NCBI GenBank assembly: GCA_965368975.1
Contig: CBDUPA010000002.1
Span: 192,001-256,000 of the forward strand
Length of the DNA stretch: 64,000 nt
Direction of reading: 5' to 3'
Source: an uncultured bacterium
GTDB lineage: Bacteria > Acidobacteriota > Thermoanaerobaculia > Multivoradales > JAHZIX01
Of the stretch, positions 43,201 through 52,091 are shown one piece after another (position 1 is the first letter of the stretch; each line of letters opens with the position of its first letter). The position numbers were made by a program, and so were the translations under genes. The notes beneath the pieces are model-generated. The model was given only the letters and a program-made list of their open reading frames with translations. It was not told the DNA's origin and made no database searches.

Positions 43201-43742
43201 CGGCCACCACCACCCCAGGCGGCCTTGATGATCAGCGGATAGCCGATCTCACGCGCCGCAGCGAGGGCCTCCGCGATGTCCTCGGTCGGTTCCTCGGTAC
43301 CGGGCAAGGTGGGTACACCCGCCTGCTTGGCGACCGCACGCGCCGCGACCTTGTCGCCCATCTGTACCAGCAACTCGGGGCTGGGACCGACGAAGGTGAT
43401 GCCGGCAGCAGCACAGGCACGGGCGAAGTCGGGGTTTTCCGACAAGAAACCGTAGCCGGGATGAATGTGGGTGACGCCTTTGTCCTTGGCGATCGACAGG
43501 ATGCCTTCGATGTCCAAATAGGCACCGACCGGCCCCTTCTCTTTGCGCAGTGGGTAGGCCTCGTCGGCCTTGAAGCGATGGCGGGAGAAACGGTCCTCTT
43601 CGGCGAAGATGGCGACCGTTTGCATCCCCAGTTCGTTGGCCGCGCGGAAGATGCGAATCGCAATCTCACCGCGATTGACGGCCATCAATTTGCCTTCCGA
43701 GATTTTCGGGTCACGCAGGAGCGGAGATAGGCTTACAGACAT
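40278..43742 (-). CDS. pyc: Pyruvate carboxylase
   Basis: NRGEIAIR, HPGYGFLSEN, RDAHQSL, WGGATFD, HEMPGGQ, EAMKM biotin site. Confidence 0.97.
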   Translation of the reverse strand: MSVSLSPLLRDPKISEGKLMAVNRGEIAIRIFRAANELGMQTVAIFAEEDRFSRHRFKADEAYPLRKEKGPVGAYLDIEGILSIAKDKGVTHIHPGYGFLSENPDFARACAAAGITFVGPSPELLVQMGDKVAARAVAKQAGVPTLPGTEEPTEDIAEALAAAREIGYPLIIKAAWGGGGRGMRVVENAADIERMLVDAQEEAERSFGNPAVFLERYIRRAKHLEVQILGDSHGNVVHLHERDCSVQRRYQKIVEIAPSVDFEPEVIRDLCAAAVALAKEAGYDNAGTVEFLYDMERRDWFFIEMNPRIQVEHTVSEQITGIDIVRSQILVSKGFELHGKEVQIPAQEQIPRNGFAIQCRITTEDPEKNFAPDYGRITSYRSAAGFGIRLDAGSGDAGSEITPFYDSMLVKVTAWASSFRGANQRMYRALREFRIRGVKTNIPFLENLIQDPTFNSGQAHTKLIDETPSLLEYKPRRDRATKLLAYLSDITVNGNAHAKSWRPAEVLESARLPHFEPRRDPAPGSRQVLQELGPARFAEWISRQQRLLVTDTTLRDAHQSLIATRMRSHDMLAIADAIAQRTPELFSLEMWGGATFDSALRFLFEDPWQRLRDLRAKIPNICFQMLFRGSNAVGYSSYPDNVVAGFVRHAAASGMDIFRIFDSLNYLPNLEVAMKSVVEDTDAVCEAALCYTGNIDDPERDKYSLGYYVEMAKELEKMGAHILAIKDMSGLCRPFAARRLVSALKDEVGIPIHFHTHDSSGVNSASILQAAEAGVDIVDLAVSSMSGSTSQPNLNSVVAALEGHERDTGLNLQTLNEFSDYWEEVLRFYQPFYGAPRAGSGKVYDHEMPGGQYTNLKEQARALGLGERWPEVARCYSEVNDLFGDIVKVTPSSKVVGDMALFLVSRGIKAADVTRLAPGAIDFPESVIGMLAGDLGQPPGGWPPELQRVVLVDREATTQRPGALAPPVDLEAKLAEFGSEDNLYSHLMYPKVFADFQKSRAEYDDLAVLPSPAFFYGMQPGEEISVEIDPGKVLFIKLLSIGEPNEEGQRKLFFELNGMPREAVIRDRSLAVTKKARPKGDASDPKHAIAQMPGMVTEITTSVGTRVSKGDKLVTLEAMKMLTSIGAGTDGVIKEVLVSEGDSVDTDDLLVRLE

Positions 43743-43777
43743 AGTTCCTTGATCTTAGGGCCGTGACGGCGAGCTGT

Positions 43778-44503
43778 CTAATCGAGCCCCTTTGACGACG
43801 CGGCAAGCTCGAAGCGGTAGCCGACGTCGCGGATCGTTCGGATCCGGCTCGGACGCCGCGAGTCTGGTTCGATCTTGGCGCGGAGTGTGGTGACACACCG
43901 GTCGACGCTCCGAGTGTTGACCAGGATGTCGCTGCCCCACACCGAGCGCAGGATCTCGTCACGCGTCAGGGCTTGACCGGAGCGGCGCACGAAGAGTTCG
44001 AGCAGCCGGAACTCTTTGGGCGACAGCGCGACCTCGGCACCGCCGCGGAACAGTCGGTGCGAACGCAGATCCAGCTCGCAATCCCCGAAGCTGAAGGTCT
44101 CGGCGGCTGCCGTCTGGCGACGACGCAGGAAGGCAGCAACGCGGGCCAGCAGTTCGCGGATGCTGAACGGCTTGGTCATGTAGTCGTCGGCGCCCAAATT
44201 GAGACCACGGACGATGTCTTCTTCCTGCCCTTTGGCCGTCAGCATGAGGATCGGCATGTCCAGCTCGGCGGCGCGGATCTGGCGGCAGATCTCGAAGCCG
44301 TTGAGCTTGGGCAGCATAATGTCGAGAACGACCAGATCCGGCTCGGCCACGAGAGCTGCCTCCAGCCCGGACTCGCCGTCCGCCGCCGTCCGCACGGCAT
44401 AGCCGCGTAGCTCGAAGTTGTCTTTCAGACCGCGCAGCAGGGCCGGATCGTCTTCGATGATCAGGATCGACTCACCGGCTCCAGATTGTGGGTCGTTCAG
44501 CAT
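43778..44503 (-). CDS. OmpR-family response regulator
   Basis: IIEDD, LDIMLP, GADDYMTKPF, LRAKIE, VGYRF. Confidence 0.95.
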   Translation of the reverse strand: MLNDPQSGAGESILIIEDDPALLRGLKDNFELRGYAVRTAADGESGLEAALVAEPDLVVLDIMLPKLNGFEICRQIRAAELDMPILMLTAKGQEEDIVRGLNLGADDYMTKPFSIRELLARVAAFLRRRQTAAAETFSFGDCELDLRSHRLFRGGAEVALSPKEFRLLELFVRRSGQALTRDEILRSVWGSDILVNTRSVDRCVTTLRAKIEPDSRRPSRIRTIRDVGYRFELAASSKGLD

Positions 44504-46542
44504 TCGGTGTCTCCAAATGTCTGCCCTTCCAGGGCCGCGGGCAGACGAACCGTGAAGGTACTGCCCTCGCCCTGACGGCTCTCGACCTCGACCTCACCCG
44601 CGTGGGCACTGATGATGTAGTGGACGATGCTCAAGCCCAGACCACAGCCGCTGCCGGGACGAGAGAGGCTCTGGTCGACCTGGTAGAAACGGTCGAAGAT
44701 CTTCGAGGTCACCCGACTTGGGATGCCGATGCCGTTGTCTTGCACAGCGAAGCAGACGTGCCCCTCTTCCGCGAAGGCACGTAGGCAGATGTGCCGGTCT
44801 GCCTGGGAGTACTTGAGAGCATTGTCCAGCAGGTTGAGCAGGACCGCGACGAGCGCGTCCTCGTCCCCTCGGACCGCCGGGAGGTTGGGTGCGATCTCGA
44901 CGTCGAAGCGGCAACCCTCGGTGCGGAAGCGGTCGGCCATGGCGGCAGCCGCGGTCTCGGCCACCAAGGCCGCTGGCACCCATTCGCGATCAAAGCTCTG
45001 CCGCCCCTGCTCCATGCGCGAGAAGGTGAGGAAGTTGTCGACCAGGCGGGAGAGTCGCAGATTCTCGCTGGCGATCAGTTCCAGATATTCCTGCACCCGT
45101 TTCTGATCTTCGACGCCCGTCTCGAGCAGGGTGTCGACCAGCAGGCGCGTTGAGGCCAGCGGCGTCTTGAGTTCATGCGAGACGGTCGCCAGCAGGTCGT
45201 TCTTCAACCGCGTCAAGCGCAGCTGCCGTTCCACCGCCCACACCACCAGCAGCAGAAGAAGAACCAAGGTCGCGACTACCAAGGCCCCGATCAGGCGATA
45301 CGCTCGGATCCGCTGCTCTGCAGCCTCGGCAAACAGCAAGGAGTCGCCGGGATGGAGTGCCAGCCGCCAACCAGGCAAAAACGAGCCCGCGGCCTGCACC
45401 ACGAGCAACTCGTCCTCGGTCAGGGTTCCCGGCGGCAGCAGCTCGACGGTCGCATCCGCCGGCAACCGCTGGAGCCCTGCCAAGGATTGGAAGTCTCGAC
45501 GTAGCGACGCTGGACTGAACAGTGCCACGACAGAGCCGCTGTGCGACGCAAGATGCCATATTTCCGGCAGGTTCGTGGCCTCCGGCAGACCGGTGGGCTG
45601 CAAACCTGTTGTCGATGGCGTTGACGGCTTGGCATCCAGGTAGTGGGCCGCCAGCTGCTCGGCCTCCAGCGTGTCGAAGTCCGCGAGCTCTTGCAAACTC
45701 TGTGACACTGGCTCGCGCGATTCCAGCTCAGCCTGGACCAGCTCAGTCAGTTGCTGCATCAAGAACCGTCGCTGCGCCGCGGGCAGGAGGGGTTTTCCGT
45801 AGTTCTGCAAGCGCCCGGCAAGACGTTGCATCACGCGCTCGAAGACAGGATCTCCCGGATTCTGCAAGAGCTGCAGTGCCCGAAGTTGCGCATTCGGTAC
45901 ATGCAAACGCCCTTGGGCATCCGCGGCGGCTTGATACCGCGGTTGATCCAACTGATGGATGAGTACGGCGAGCGCCTCGGCCGTTTGCTCCGCCTTCACC
46001 AGACACCGCGCCTGTGCCTGCAGGGCTCGGGCACCAAGGTCGGCGTCTACCGTGGCACGCGCGATCACCGCGTAGCGCTGCGCTGCGACCGCGTTCTGGC
46101 CTTCGCGTTCCAGGCGCTCAGCCTGCCGCCACGCCGAGGTCGTCGGCGTCGGATCGAAACCGCGTCGGCGTACCATCGTGGGGTACACCGGACGGCCAGC
46201 GGCATCGTAGATCACAACGCTGTCCGCCAGGCCAGCCCGCACCAGCCGCGCGAAGGCTCGAGGAGCCTGCCCCTCGGGATCCCCAGGCTCCAGGCTCGGC
46301 ACGTCCAGCGCCGCTGTGCGCGCCTGCCAGTGCTGCTGCAACTCTCGTTGCAGCCCCTGGAGCTGCGCGTCGTAGACGTCCCGCAGTTTCTGGCGCACCG
46401 CCAGTTGCTCGTTGCGCATCGCCTGGCTCATGAACCAGATGACGCCCACCGTGGGTAGTAGCACCACGGCGAGGAGCAGCAAGAGAACAGGCCACGACCG
46501 GAAGCCGTGACCCATCCTCGTGTTCGAGCGGTCGAACAGCAT
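44497..46542 (-). CDS. Sensor histidine kinase
   Basis: Two TMs; SHELKTPL, NLLDNALKY, DNGIG, GCGLGL. Confidence 0.93.
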   Translation of the reverse strand: MLFDRSNTRMGHGFRSWPVLLLLLAVVLLPTVGVIWFMSQAMRNEQLAVRQKLRDVYDAQLQGLQRELQQHWQARTAALDVPSLEPGDPEGQAPRAFARLVRAGLADSVVIYDAAGRPVYPTMVRRRGFDPTPTTSAWRQAERLEREGQNAVAAQRYAVIARATVDADLGARALQAQARCLVKAEQTAEALAVLIHQLDQPRYQAAADAQGRLHVPNAQLRALQLLQNPGDPVFERVMQRLAGRLQNYGKPLLPAAQRRFLMQQLTELVQAELESREPVSQSLQELADFDTLEAEQLAAHYLDAKPSTPSTTGLQPTGLPEATNLPEIWHLASHSGSVVALFSPASLRRDFQSLAGLQRLPADATVELLPPGTLTEDELLVVQAAGSFLPGWRLALHPGDSLLFAEAAEQRIRAYRLIGALVVATLVLLLLLVVWAVERQLRLTRLKNDLLATVSHELKTPLASTRLLVDTLLETGVEDQKRVQEYLELIASENLRLSRLVDNFLTFSRMEQGRQSFDREWVPAALVAETAAAAMADRFRTEGCRFDVEIAPNLPAVRGDEDALVAVLLNLLDNALKYSQADRHICLRAFAEEGHVCFAVQDNGIGIPSRVTSKIFDRFYQVDQSLSRPGSGCGLGLSIVHYIISAHAGEVEVESRQGEGSTFTVRLPAALEGQTFGDTEC

Positions 46543-46551
46543 GGCCGAGAT

Positions 46552-48039
46552 CTATTCCGCTCGCAGGCTCGCGGCCACGGACTCGAAGTCGGGCCGTAGG
46601 GCTTCGAATTGATCCGCAGGCGCTCGGAAGATGAACTCGAAGCGCTTGTCGTCGGTGAGGGTGTAGATGCGGTACTGCACCCAAGGCTTGCCATCACGCT
46701 TGTAGTCACCGACAAAGCTAATCGCGGGCCGGCTGTCGATCGTGCCCGAAGACCAGCTCCCTGGGCGCATCTCGTAGCCATCGAAACGTTCGCGCGCACC
46801 CTGCAGTTCGCGCTCGGCTGTACCGGTGAGGGTCGGGCAGCCGCTCGGACAGCGGTCGATCTCGACGGCACTGATCGCCGTGGAGTCCGGATCCAGGAAG
46901 CGAACCATGCCCCTGGTGTCACGCCCCGTCTCCTGCTCCTGGGCCAGCCAGCCGGCCGGTAGCTGCCCCGAGAAGTCGAAGGCATCGAGACCAAACGGTA
47001 CCGGTGCACCCGGCTCGAAGTGACTTATCTGGATCAGTTCCATGGCAACACCACCGGCCTCTTGCTTCACCAGGTAGCGCTCAGGACCGGTCGAGATCCA
47101 GATCTTCTGGATCGTCTGGTCGACGTCGAGGCGCAGGACGAAGCACTGGAACTCGCCGGCCGGCACCTGGCAACTCTCCACACCGGTCACTTCGAGAGCC
47201 ACCTCGGCGACGTGCCCGACCCAGGTCGGCAGGAAGTGGAGCTTCGCCTCGAAGCCCACTTCGAGCGGCAGCAGGCGCAGCAAGTGCATGCTCTGCTCGT
47301 TGTCGTAGACATCCTGGGAGTTGGACAGGCGAACCTCGCGCTCACCAGCGGTCACGAGAACTTCGTCCGGCCCGTAGACCGCGTCGGCCTTGCCCAGGAT
47401 ACCGTGACGGAACAGGCTACGGATCGGCCGCTGCGTGTCGCGCTCCACCCAGACGCGGCTCGTTCCGTGATTGTTGGAAACATTGAAGACCAGCTTGCGC
47501 AGCTCCAACTGCCAGGCGGCCACGCCGTCGACCATCGTGGTCTTCGCCAGCTGATAGACGAAACCGAGCATCCGGCCGGTCGGCAAGCTGATCCGGTACT
47601 GAAGTAGCTCTCCGTCCTGCCACGGTACCGCGGTCCACTCGGGTCCCGGCTGCAGGGTCGCCAGCTGCTCTCTGGCCAGAGCGACCAGCTCGTCTTGTTC
47701 TGGGAAGGCTTGGAGCAGTTCCTCGAAGGTCTCTCGTGCCGCGGCTGCGTCGCCCTGCTTCAGCTGGCACCCGGCCAGGCGGAACTGGGCTTCTGCCACA
47801 TGCGCACGGTTGGCTTCGGCCTGCTCGACGATCCTCGCATAGATCTCGATCGCGGCCGCCAAGTCGCCAACCGTCTGTTCGGTGTAGATGCCCTTCTCCA
47901 GCAAGTCAGCCGTCGATTGGGCCCTTGCGGGAGCCGTGATGCCCAGCAGGGCGATCAGGATCAGGACCAGAAGCGAGCCCACGGCAGTCACGGCTGCGAT
48001 GGGAGCAGGTGCGAATTTCGGTGTGGTGTTGGTACTCAT
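46552..48039 (-). CDS. Secreted TPR + DUF3108-like protein heading the TCS operon
   Basis: Signal ARA-Q; TPR pair; VTGVESCQVPAGEFQCF..KIWIS motif. Confidence 0.65.
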   Translation of the reverse strand: MSTNTTPKFAPAPIAAVTAVGSLLVLILIALLGITAPARAQSTADLLEKGIYTEQTVGDLAAAIEIYARIVEQAEANRAHVAEAQFRLAGCQLKQGDAAAARETFEELLQAFPEQDELVALAREQLATLQPGPEWTAVPWQDGELLQYRISLPTGRMLGFVYQLAKTTMVDGVAAWQLELRKLVFNVSNNHGTSRVWVERDTQRPIRSLFRHGILGKADAVYGPDEVLVTAGEREVRLSNSQDVYDNEQSMHLLRLLPLEVGFEAKLHFLPTWVGHVAEVALEVTGVESCQVPAGEFQCFVLRLDVDQTIQKIWISTGPERYLVKQEAGGVAMELIQISHFEPGAPVPFGLDAFDFSGQLPAGWLAQEQETGRDTRGMVRFLDPDSTAISAVEIDRCPSGCPTLTGTAERELQGARERFDGYEMRPGSWSSGTIDSRPAISFVGDYKRDGKPWVQYRIYTLTDDKRFEFIFRAPADQFEALRPDFESVAASLRAE

Positions 48040-48094
48040 GTCGGTGATCTCCTTCGTTGTCGTTACCGATGAAGGAGACGATAAGGAGCGCTTG

Positions 48095-48110
48095 TTACCT
48101 CTGTATTACC
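48095..48110 (-). promoter_or_regulatory. Possible OmpR/CpxR-type direct repeat
   Basis: GGTAA-N6-GGTAA (11-bp period) on the minus strand upstream of the TCS operon. Confidence 0.35.
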
Positions 48111-48234
48111 GGTTCTTCCTGTTCTTGTCCAAGAGCACTCTACTCGCGCCGCAACACGACACAGCTGGTAAGCATAGAATGGTGTCCATCCTAGCTGAAC
48201 AGCCCGTCCAACTTTCCTCGGAAGGAGGAATCCG

Positions 48235-48681
48235 ATGATCCGAACGGTTGTGCATTCCGCACCCATCCGGCCCGAGGCCGATACAGATCCCGACGTCCAG
48301 ACCAAGGACAACTACTCCGACAAGCTCGTCAAGTACATCCCGGCAGAAGTGATCGCGTTCTACCTACCGATGTACACCTATGTGCTGTCGAGCGTCACGG
48401 AGAACGGCGAGATCACCAGCAAGACGCCGTTGTTCGTCGTCCTGGTGATCAGCTTGCTCGGTCTCGTCGGCTACATGTACGTACGCCGCAGTTCGACGAC
48501 GAACTGGTACTTCTACGCCCTCTCCGCCGTGGCGTTCCTGGCGTGGGCAATCGGCACCAGCCCGGTGGGCCAGAACCTCTTCGACCTCCCCGAGCTGTAC
48601 AACAAGGTGATTCTGATGACCGGAATCTTCCTGGTGCCCATGTTCGACGAACTGCTCAGCTCAGGCGCGGACGGAGCCTAG
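48235..48681 (+). CDS. Small multi-TM membrane protein of unknown function
   Basis: AAGGAGG RBS; YSDKLVKYIPAEVIAFY and about 4 hydrophobic segments. Confidence 0.75.
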   Translation: MIRTVVHSAPIRPEADTDPDVQTKDNYSDKLVKYIPAEVIAFYLPMYTYVLSSVTENGEITSKTPLFVVLVISLLGLVGYMYVRRSSTTNWYFYALSAVAFLAWAIGTSPVGQNLFDLPELYNKVILMTGIFLVPMFDELLSSGADGA

Positions 48682-48685
48682 TCTC

Positions 48686-49780
48686 ATGCAAACTTCGAAT
48701 CGAGAGTTTGGGCGTCGAGCCTGCTTGACCTCTTCGCTGACTCTGACCACCTTGCTGACCCTGGCCCCGATGGCCCCATTGGCCGCCAATGAAGGCTTCC
48801 ATCCTGGTCCCGTGGTCGGCGACGCTATCCCGACGTTGGAAGCAATGGATCAGGACGGCAAGGCACGCGCTTTCCAGAACCTGACTGGGCCGAACGGACT
48901 TCTCCTGCTGGTGCACCGTTCTGCAGATTGGTGACCACACTGCAAGGGCCAGCTAGTTGAGCTGGCGAGCAAGCAGAAGGATTTCGAGAAGCGCGGTATT
49001 CATGTGGCCGCACTGAGCTACGACTCGGTGGAGGTGCTCCAAGCTTTCGATTCCCGGGTCGACATCGACTATCCGTTGTTGGCGGACCCGGACTTGACGG
49101 TTCTCGGTGCCTGGGGGTTGATCAACGCCGAGGTGCCAGAGGACAGCCCGTACTATGGCTTCGCCTACCCCGGCTACTACCTGATCAGTGCCGATGGCAC
49201 GGTGCAGTCGCGGTATTTCAGAGAAGAGAACAACGACCGCGTCACTTCGGCCAGTATCCTGATCCGTGAGTTCGACGCTGCGGGCGACAGCACGCAAGGC
49301 GAAGCGGAGACGCCCCACTTGACGGCGCGCTGGTCGGCGAGCAACGGGGCGCTGCGCACAGGGCAGCGACTGGCGCTGGTGCTCGATGTCGAGCTGCCGG
49401 AAGGCATGCACGTCTACGCACCGGAGGTCGAAGGGTACATCCCGATCGCGTGGAACATGACACCCGCGCAGGGCGTCGAGATCGAGATGGCCAGCTACCC
49501 GACGGCCAGGCAGAAGCATCTACCGGCCATCCAAGAGACGGTCCCGATCTACGAAGGCGAGCTACGAGTCCTGCGTTCGGTCCGCATTCCGAATGGGCGT
49601 GAACTGGACACGGCGATTGCCGAAGCTGGAGAGTTGGTCCTCGAAGGCGAGTTCCACTACCAGGCGTGTGATGCGGACAGGTGCTATCTGCCGCAGGCTA
49701 TCCCGCTACGCTGGACGCTGCGACTGGAAGATCACGACCGTGTGCGGGCACCGGAGGAACTGCAGCGCAGCGGAAACTGA
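48686..49780 (+). CDS. Selenocysteine-containing AhpC/TSA-like redoxin fused to DsbD N-terminal-like domain
   Basis: In-frame TGA 48932 in HRSADW-U-PHCKGQLVEL; downstream ORF in same frame; YQACDADRCYLP (DsbD-alpha Cx4C); signal peptide. Confidence 0.85.
48948..48966 (+). promoter_or_regulatory. Bacterial SECIS-like hairpin
   Basis: GCCAGCT-AGTTG-AGCTGGC starting 13 nt after the UGA, GU in loop. Confidence 0.65.
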
Positions 49781-49837
49781 CGAGACACCACATGCACACC
49801 TTCGACGACGACTGGTTGGTAGCACGCGCCGTAGAGG

Positions 49838-51271
49838 CTAGACCTGCTTCAGCTTCCACGTCCCCCGCCGGAAGAGCATGAAGGCGAGCAGGGCGTTCAA
49901 CGAGTACGAAATCGCAACGGCGATGAAGACGCCGGTCGGACCATTGACACTGCCGTAGTTCGAGTAGGCCAGGTAGTAGGCTAGCGGCACCTGCACCATC
50001 CAGAAGGTGACAAAGTTGATCAGCGTCGGCGTGCGGGTGTCGCCGGCACCGTTGAAGGACTGCGTCAGGACCATGCCCCAGCCGTAGAAGACGTAGCCAT
50101 AGGCGATGATCTTGAGACCGGTGACGGCCACAACCGCAACTCCGGCCTCGCCGGTGAAGATGGCCACCAGAGGTTTGGCTCCCAGCTCGAAAGCAATCGC
50201 GACGGCCCCCAAGAAAAGGCTGTTGTAGAGCCCGGTGAGCCACACTGAGCGCTCGGCACGCTCGGGGTCGCGCGCACCGAGACACTGCCCCACCAGTGTT
50301 GCGGCAGCGTTGGAGAGCCCCCAGGCCGGCAGCAGGGCAAAGATGATGATGCGAATGGTGATGGTGTAGCCCGCCACCGCGACGTCACCGAAGCCGGCGA
50401 CGATGCGCACCAGCGCGATCCAGCTGGCGGTGGCAACCAGGTTCTGGCCGATGGCGCCGCCAGACAGACGCACCAGGCGTCCGAGAATGTCCGGCCGGTA
50501 ACGCAGGTGGTGCCGACCGAGCCGCAGCCGACTGCGACCGCGCAGCAAGCAGGAAACCTGGTAGACGACACCGGTGCCGCGACCGATCACCGTCGCCACT
50601 GCAGCCCCGGTGACGCCCATCTCGGGGAACGGCCCGAGCCCGAAGATGAGGCACGGGTCGAGCAGCATGTTGAGACCGTTCGCCAACCACAGCGTGCGCA
50701 TCGCTACTGACGCGTCGCCGGTGCCGCGGAAGACGGCATTGAAGACGAAGAGCAGCAGGATGATGACGTTCGATCCCAACATCAGGGTGACAAAGGGAAC
50801 GCCGAGTTCCACCACCTCCGACGAACCACCCATCAGGCGCAGCAGGCTGCCGGCCTGCCAGATTCCGAGCGCACCGAGCGCCAAGCCCAAGACGACCGTA
50901 GCACCGATCGCCTGCACCGCCGCGACAGCGGCAGCGTCCGGCTTCTTCTCCCCGACGCGCCGCGCCACCATCGCGGTAGCGGGAATTGCCAGGCCCATGG
51001 CGAGCGTGTAGACCAGCGTCATCAAGGCCTCGGTCAAGCCGACCACCGTGACCGCCTCGGCGCCCAGCTGAGCGACGAAGAAGACGTCGACCACAGCCAG
51101 CAGCGACTCCATCACCATCTCCAGCACCATCGGCACCGCAAGCAAGAAGACGGCCCGATTCAAGCTGCCGGTGGTGAAATCTTGCTGACTACCGGCGATG
51201 GCCTCTCGGATCGAAGCCCACACGCTCCGACGCTGGGTCGCAGACGGAGGGTGGACAGACGGATCGGACAT
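49838..51271 (-). CDS. MATE efflux transporter
   Basis: LAVPMVLE, VDVFFV, FRGTGD, LDPCLIFG, NGAGDTRTP; 12-TM pattern. Confidence 0.93.
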   Translation of the reverse strand: MSDPSVHPPSATQRRSVWASIREAIAGSQQDFTTGSLNRAVFLLAVPMVLEMVMESLLAVVDVFFVAQLGAEAVTVVGLTEALMTLVYTLAMGLAIPATAMVARRVGEKKPDAAAVAAVQAIGATVVLGLALGALGIWQAGSLLRLMGGSSEVVELGVPFVTLMLGSNVIILLLFVFNAVFRGTGDASVAMRTLWLANGLNMLLDPCLIFGLGPFPEMGVTGAAVATVIGRGTGVVYQVSCLLRGRSRLRLGRHHLRYRPDILGRLVRLSGGAIGQNLVATASWIALVRIVAGFGDVAVAGYTITIRIIIFALLPAWGLSNAAATLVGQCLGARDPERAERSVWLTGLYNSLFLGAVAIAFELGAKPLVAIFTGEAGVAVVAVTGLKIIAYGYVFYGWGMVLTQSFNGAGDTRTPTLINFVTFWMVQVPLAYYLAYSNYGSVNGPTGVFIAVAISYSLNALLAFMLFRRGTWKLKQV

Positions 51272-51405
51272 GCGCGGGCCTCCCGGAAGCACGGCGCTCG
51301 GCGGAGCTGCGGAGCGGTGGAGTAGAGCCGCAAAGCTTACTACAGTTGCCTGCTTCCAGGAGGTCGAGACGGTCTGTCAGGCCTGGCTCCCGACGAGATT
51401 CAGCC

Positions 51406-51906
51406 TCAGGATTCGTCGGCGGAGGGGCCGTAGATCGCTGGCAGCGGCAGGTCGTTGAGGCGCAGGTAGACCGTCAACTGGCCACGGTGGTGAACCACGT
51501 GATTCAAGATCATGCCGCGCAGGACCGCGATGCGAGGCATCTTGAAGACCTCTTCGCCGTTGTTGAGCAGCGCCCACGACTGCATCAGTGCTTCGTCGCT
51601 GGCCGTTTCCAGCGCACCGCGCATGGCTGTGACGTTGGCGTCGAACTTGCTGAGCAGGTCCTGGACCGACTCCGCGGGTTCTTCCTTCATCACTTCACCG
51701 CCGGGCGCATAGTCGAAGCTGTCTTCCGTGATGGTGACCAAGCCCCAGTGCAGCATGTTCGCGGTGTGCGTGCCGAGACTGCGGAACGACATGGACTTCT
51801 CGTGCGGTTGCCAGTCGAGCTTGTCGTCCGGGATACGCTCGAGCACTTTGCGGGTGTTGGCCATTTCTTGGTCGAACTCAGGGAGGAGAGAAGCAGCGAT
51901 TGCCAT
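51406..51906 (-). CDS. DinB-family protein
   Basis: WQPHEKSM, LGTH, NHVVHHRGQLTVYLR, PAIYGPSAD. Confidence 0.92.
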   Translation of the reverse strand: MAIAASLLPEFDQEMANTRKVLERIPDDKLDWQPHEKSMSFRSLGTHTANMLHWGLVTITEDSFDYAPGGEVMKEEPAESVQDLLSKFDANVTAMRGALETASDEALMQSWALLNNGEEVFKMPRIAVLRGMILNHVVHHRGQLTVYLRLNDLPLPAIYGPSADES

Positions 51907-52091
51907 GTTGATGATCCTTCTCGTAAGAGGTTGAGGGGGATGTTGACGCTATTCGCAGTCTCGCCGCAACAACTGCATTCGTCAAGCACTCCAAGAGGTC
52001 CGGCTCGGGGCCTCCGGCTTGGGCCTCCCGGCTTTTCTCTTTTCCAGGGGGCTGGCCGAGACTCCCGGCGTGCTCGTACGTATCTACCTAG

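Noticed and set aside
40482-43730. Long antisense ORFs opposite pyc (similarly opposite uvrA, ettA and 3513-5783)
   Set aside because: Shadow ORFs caused by high-GC codon bias; no RBS or motifs.
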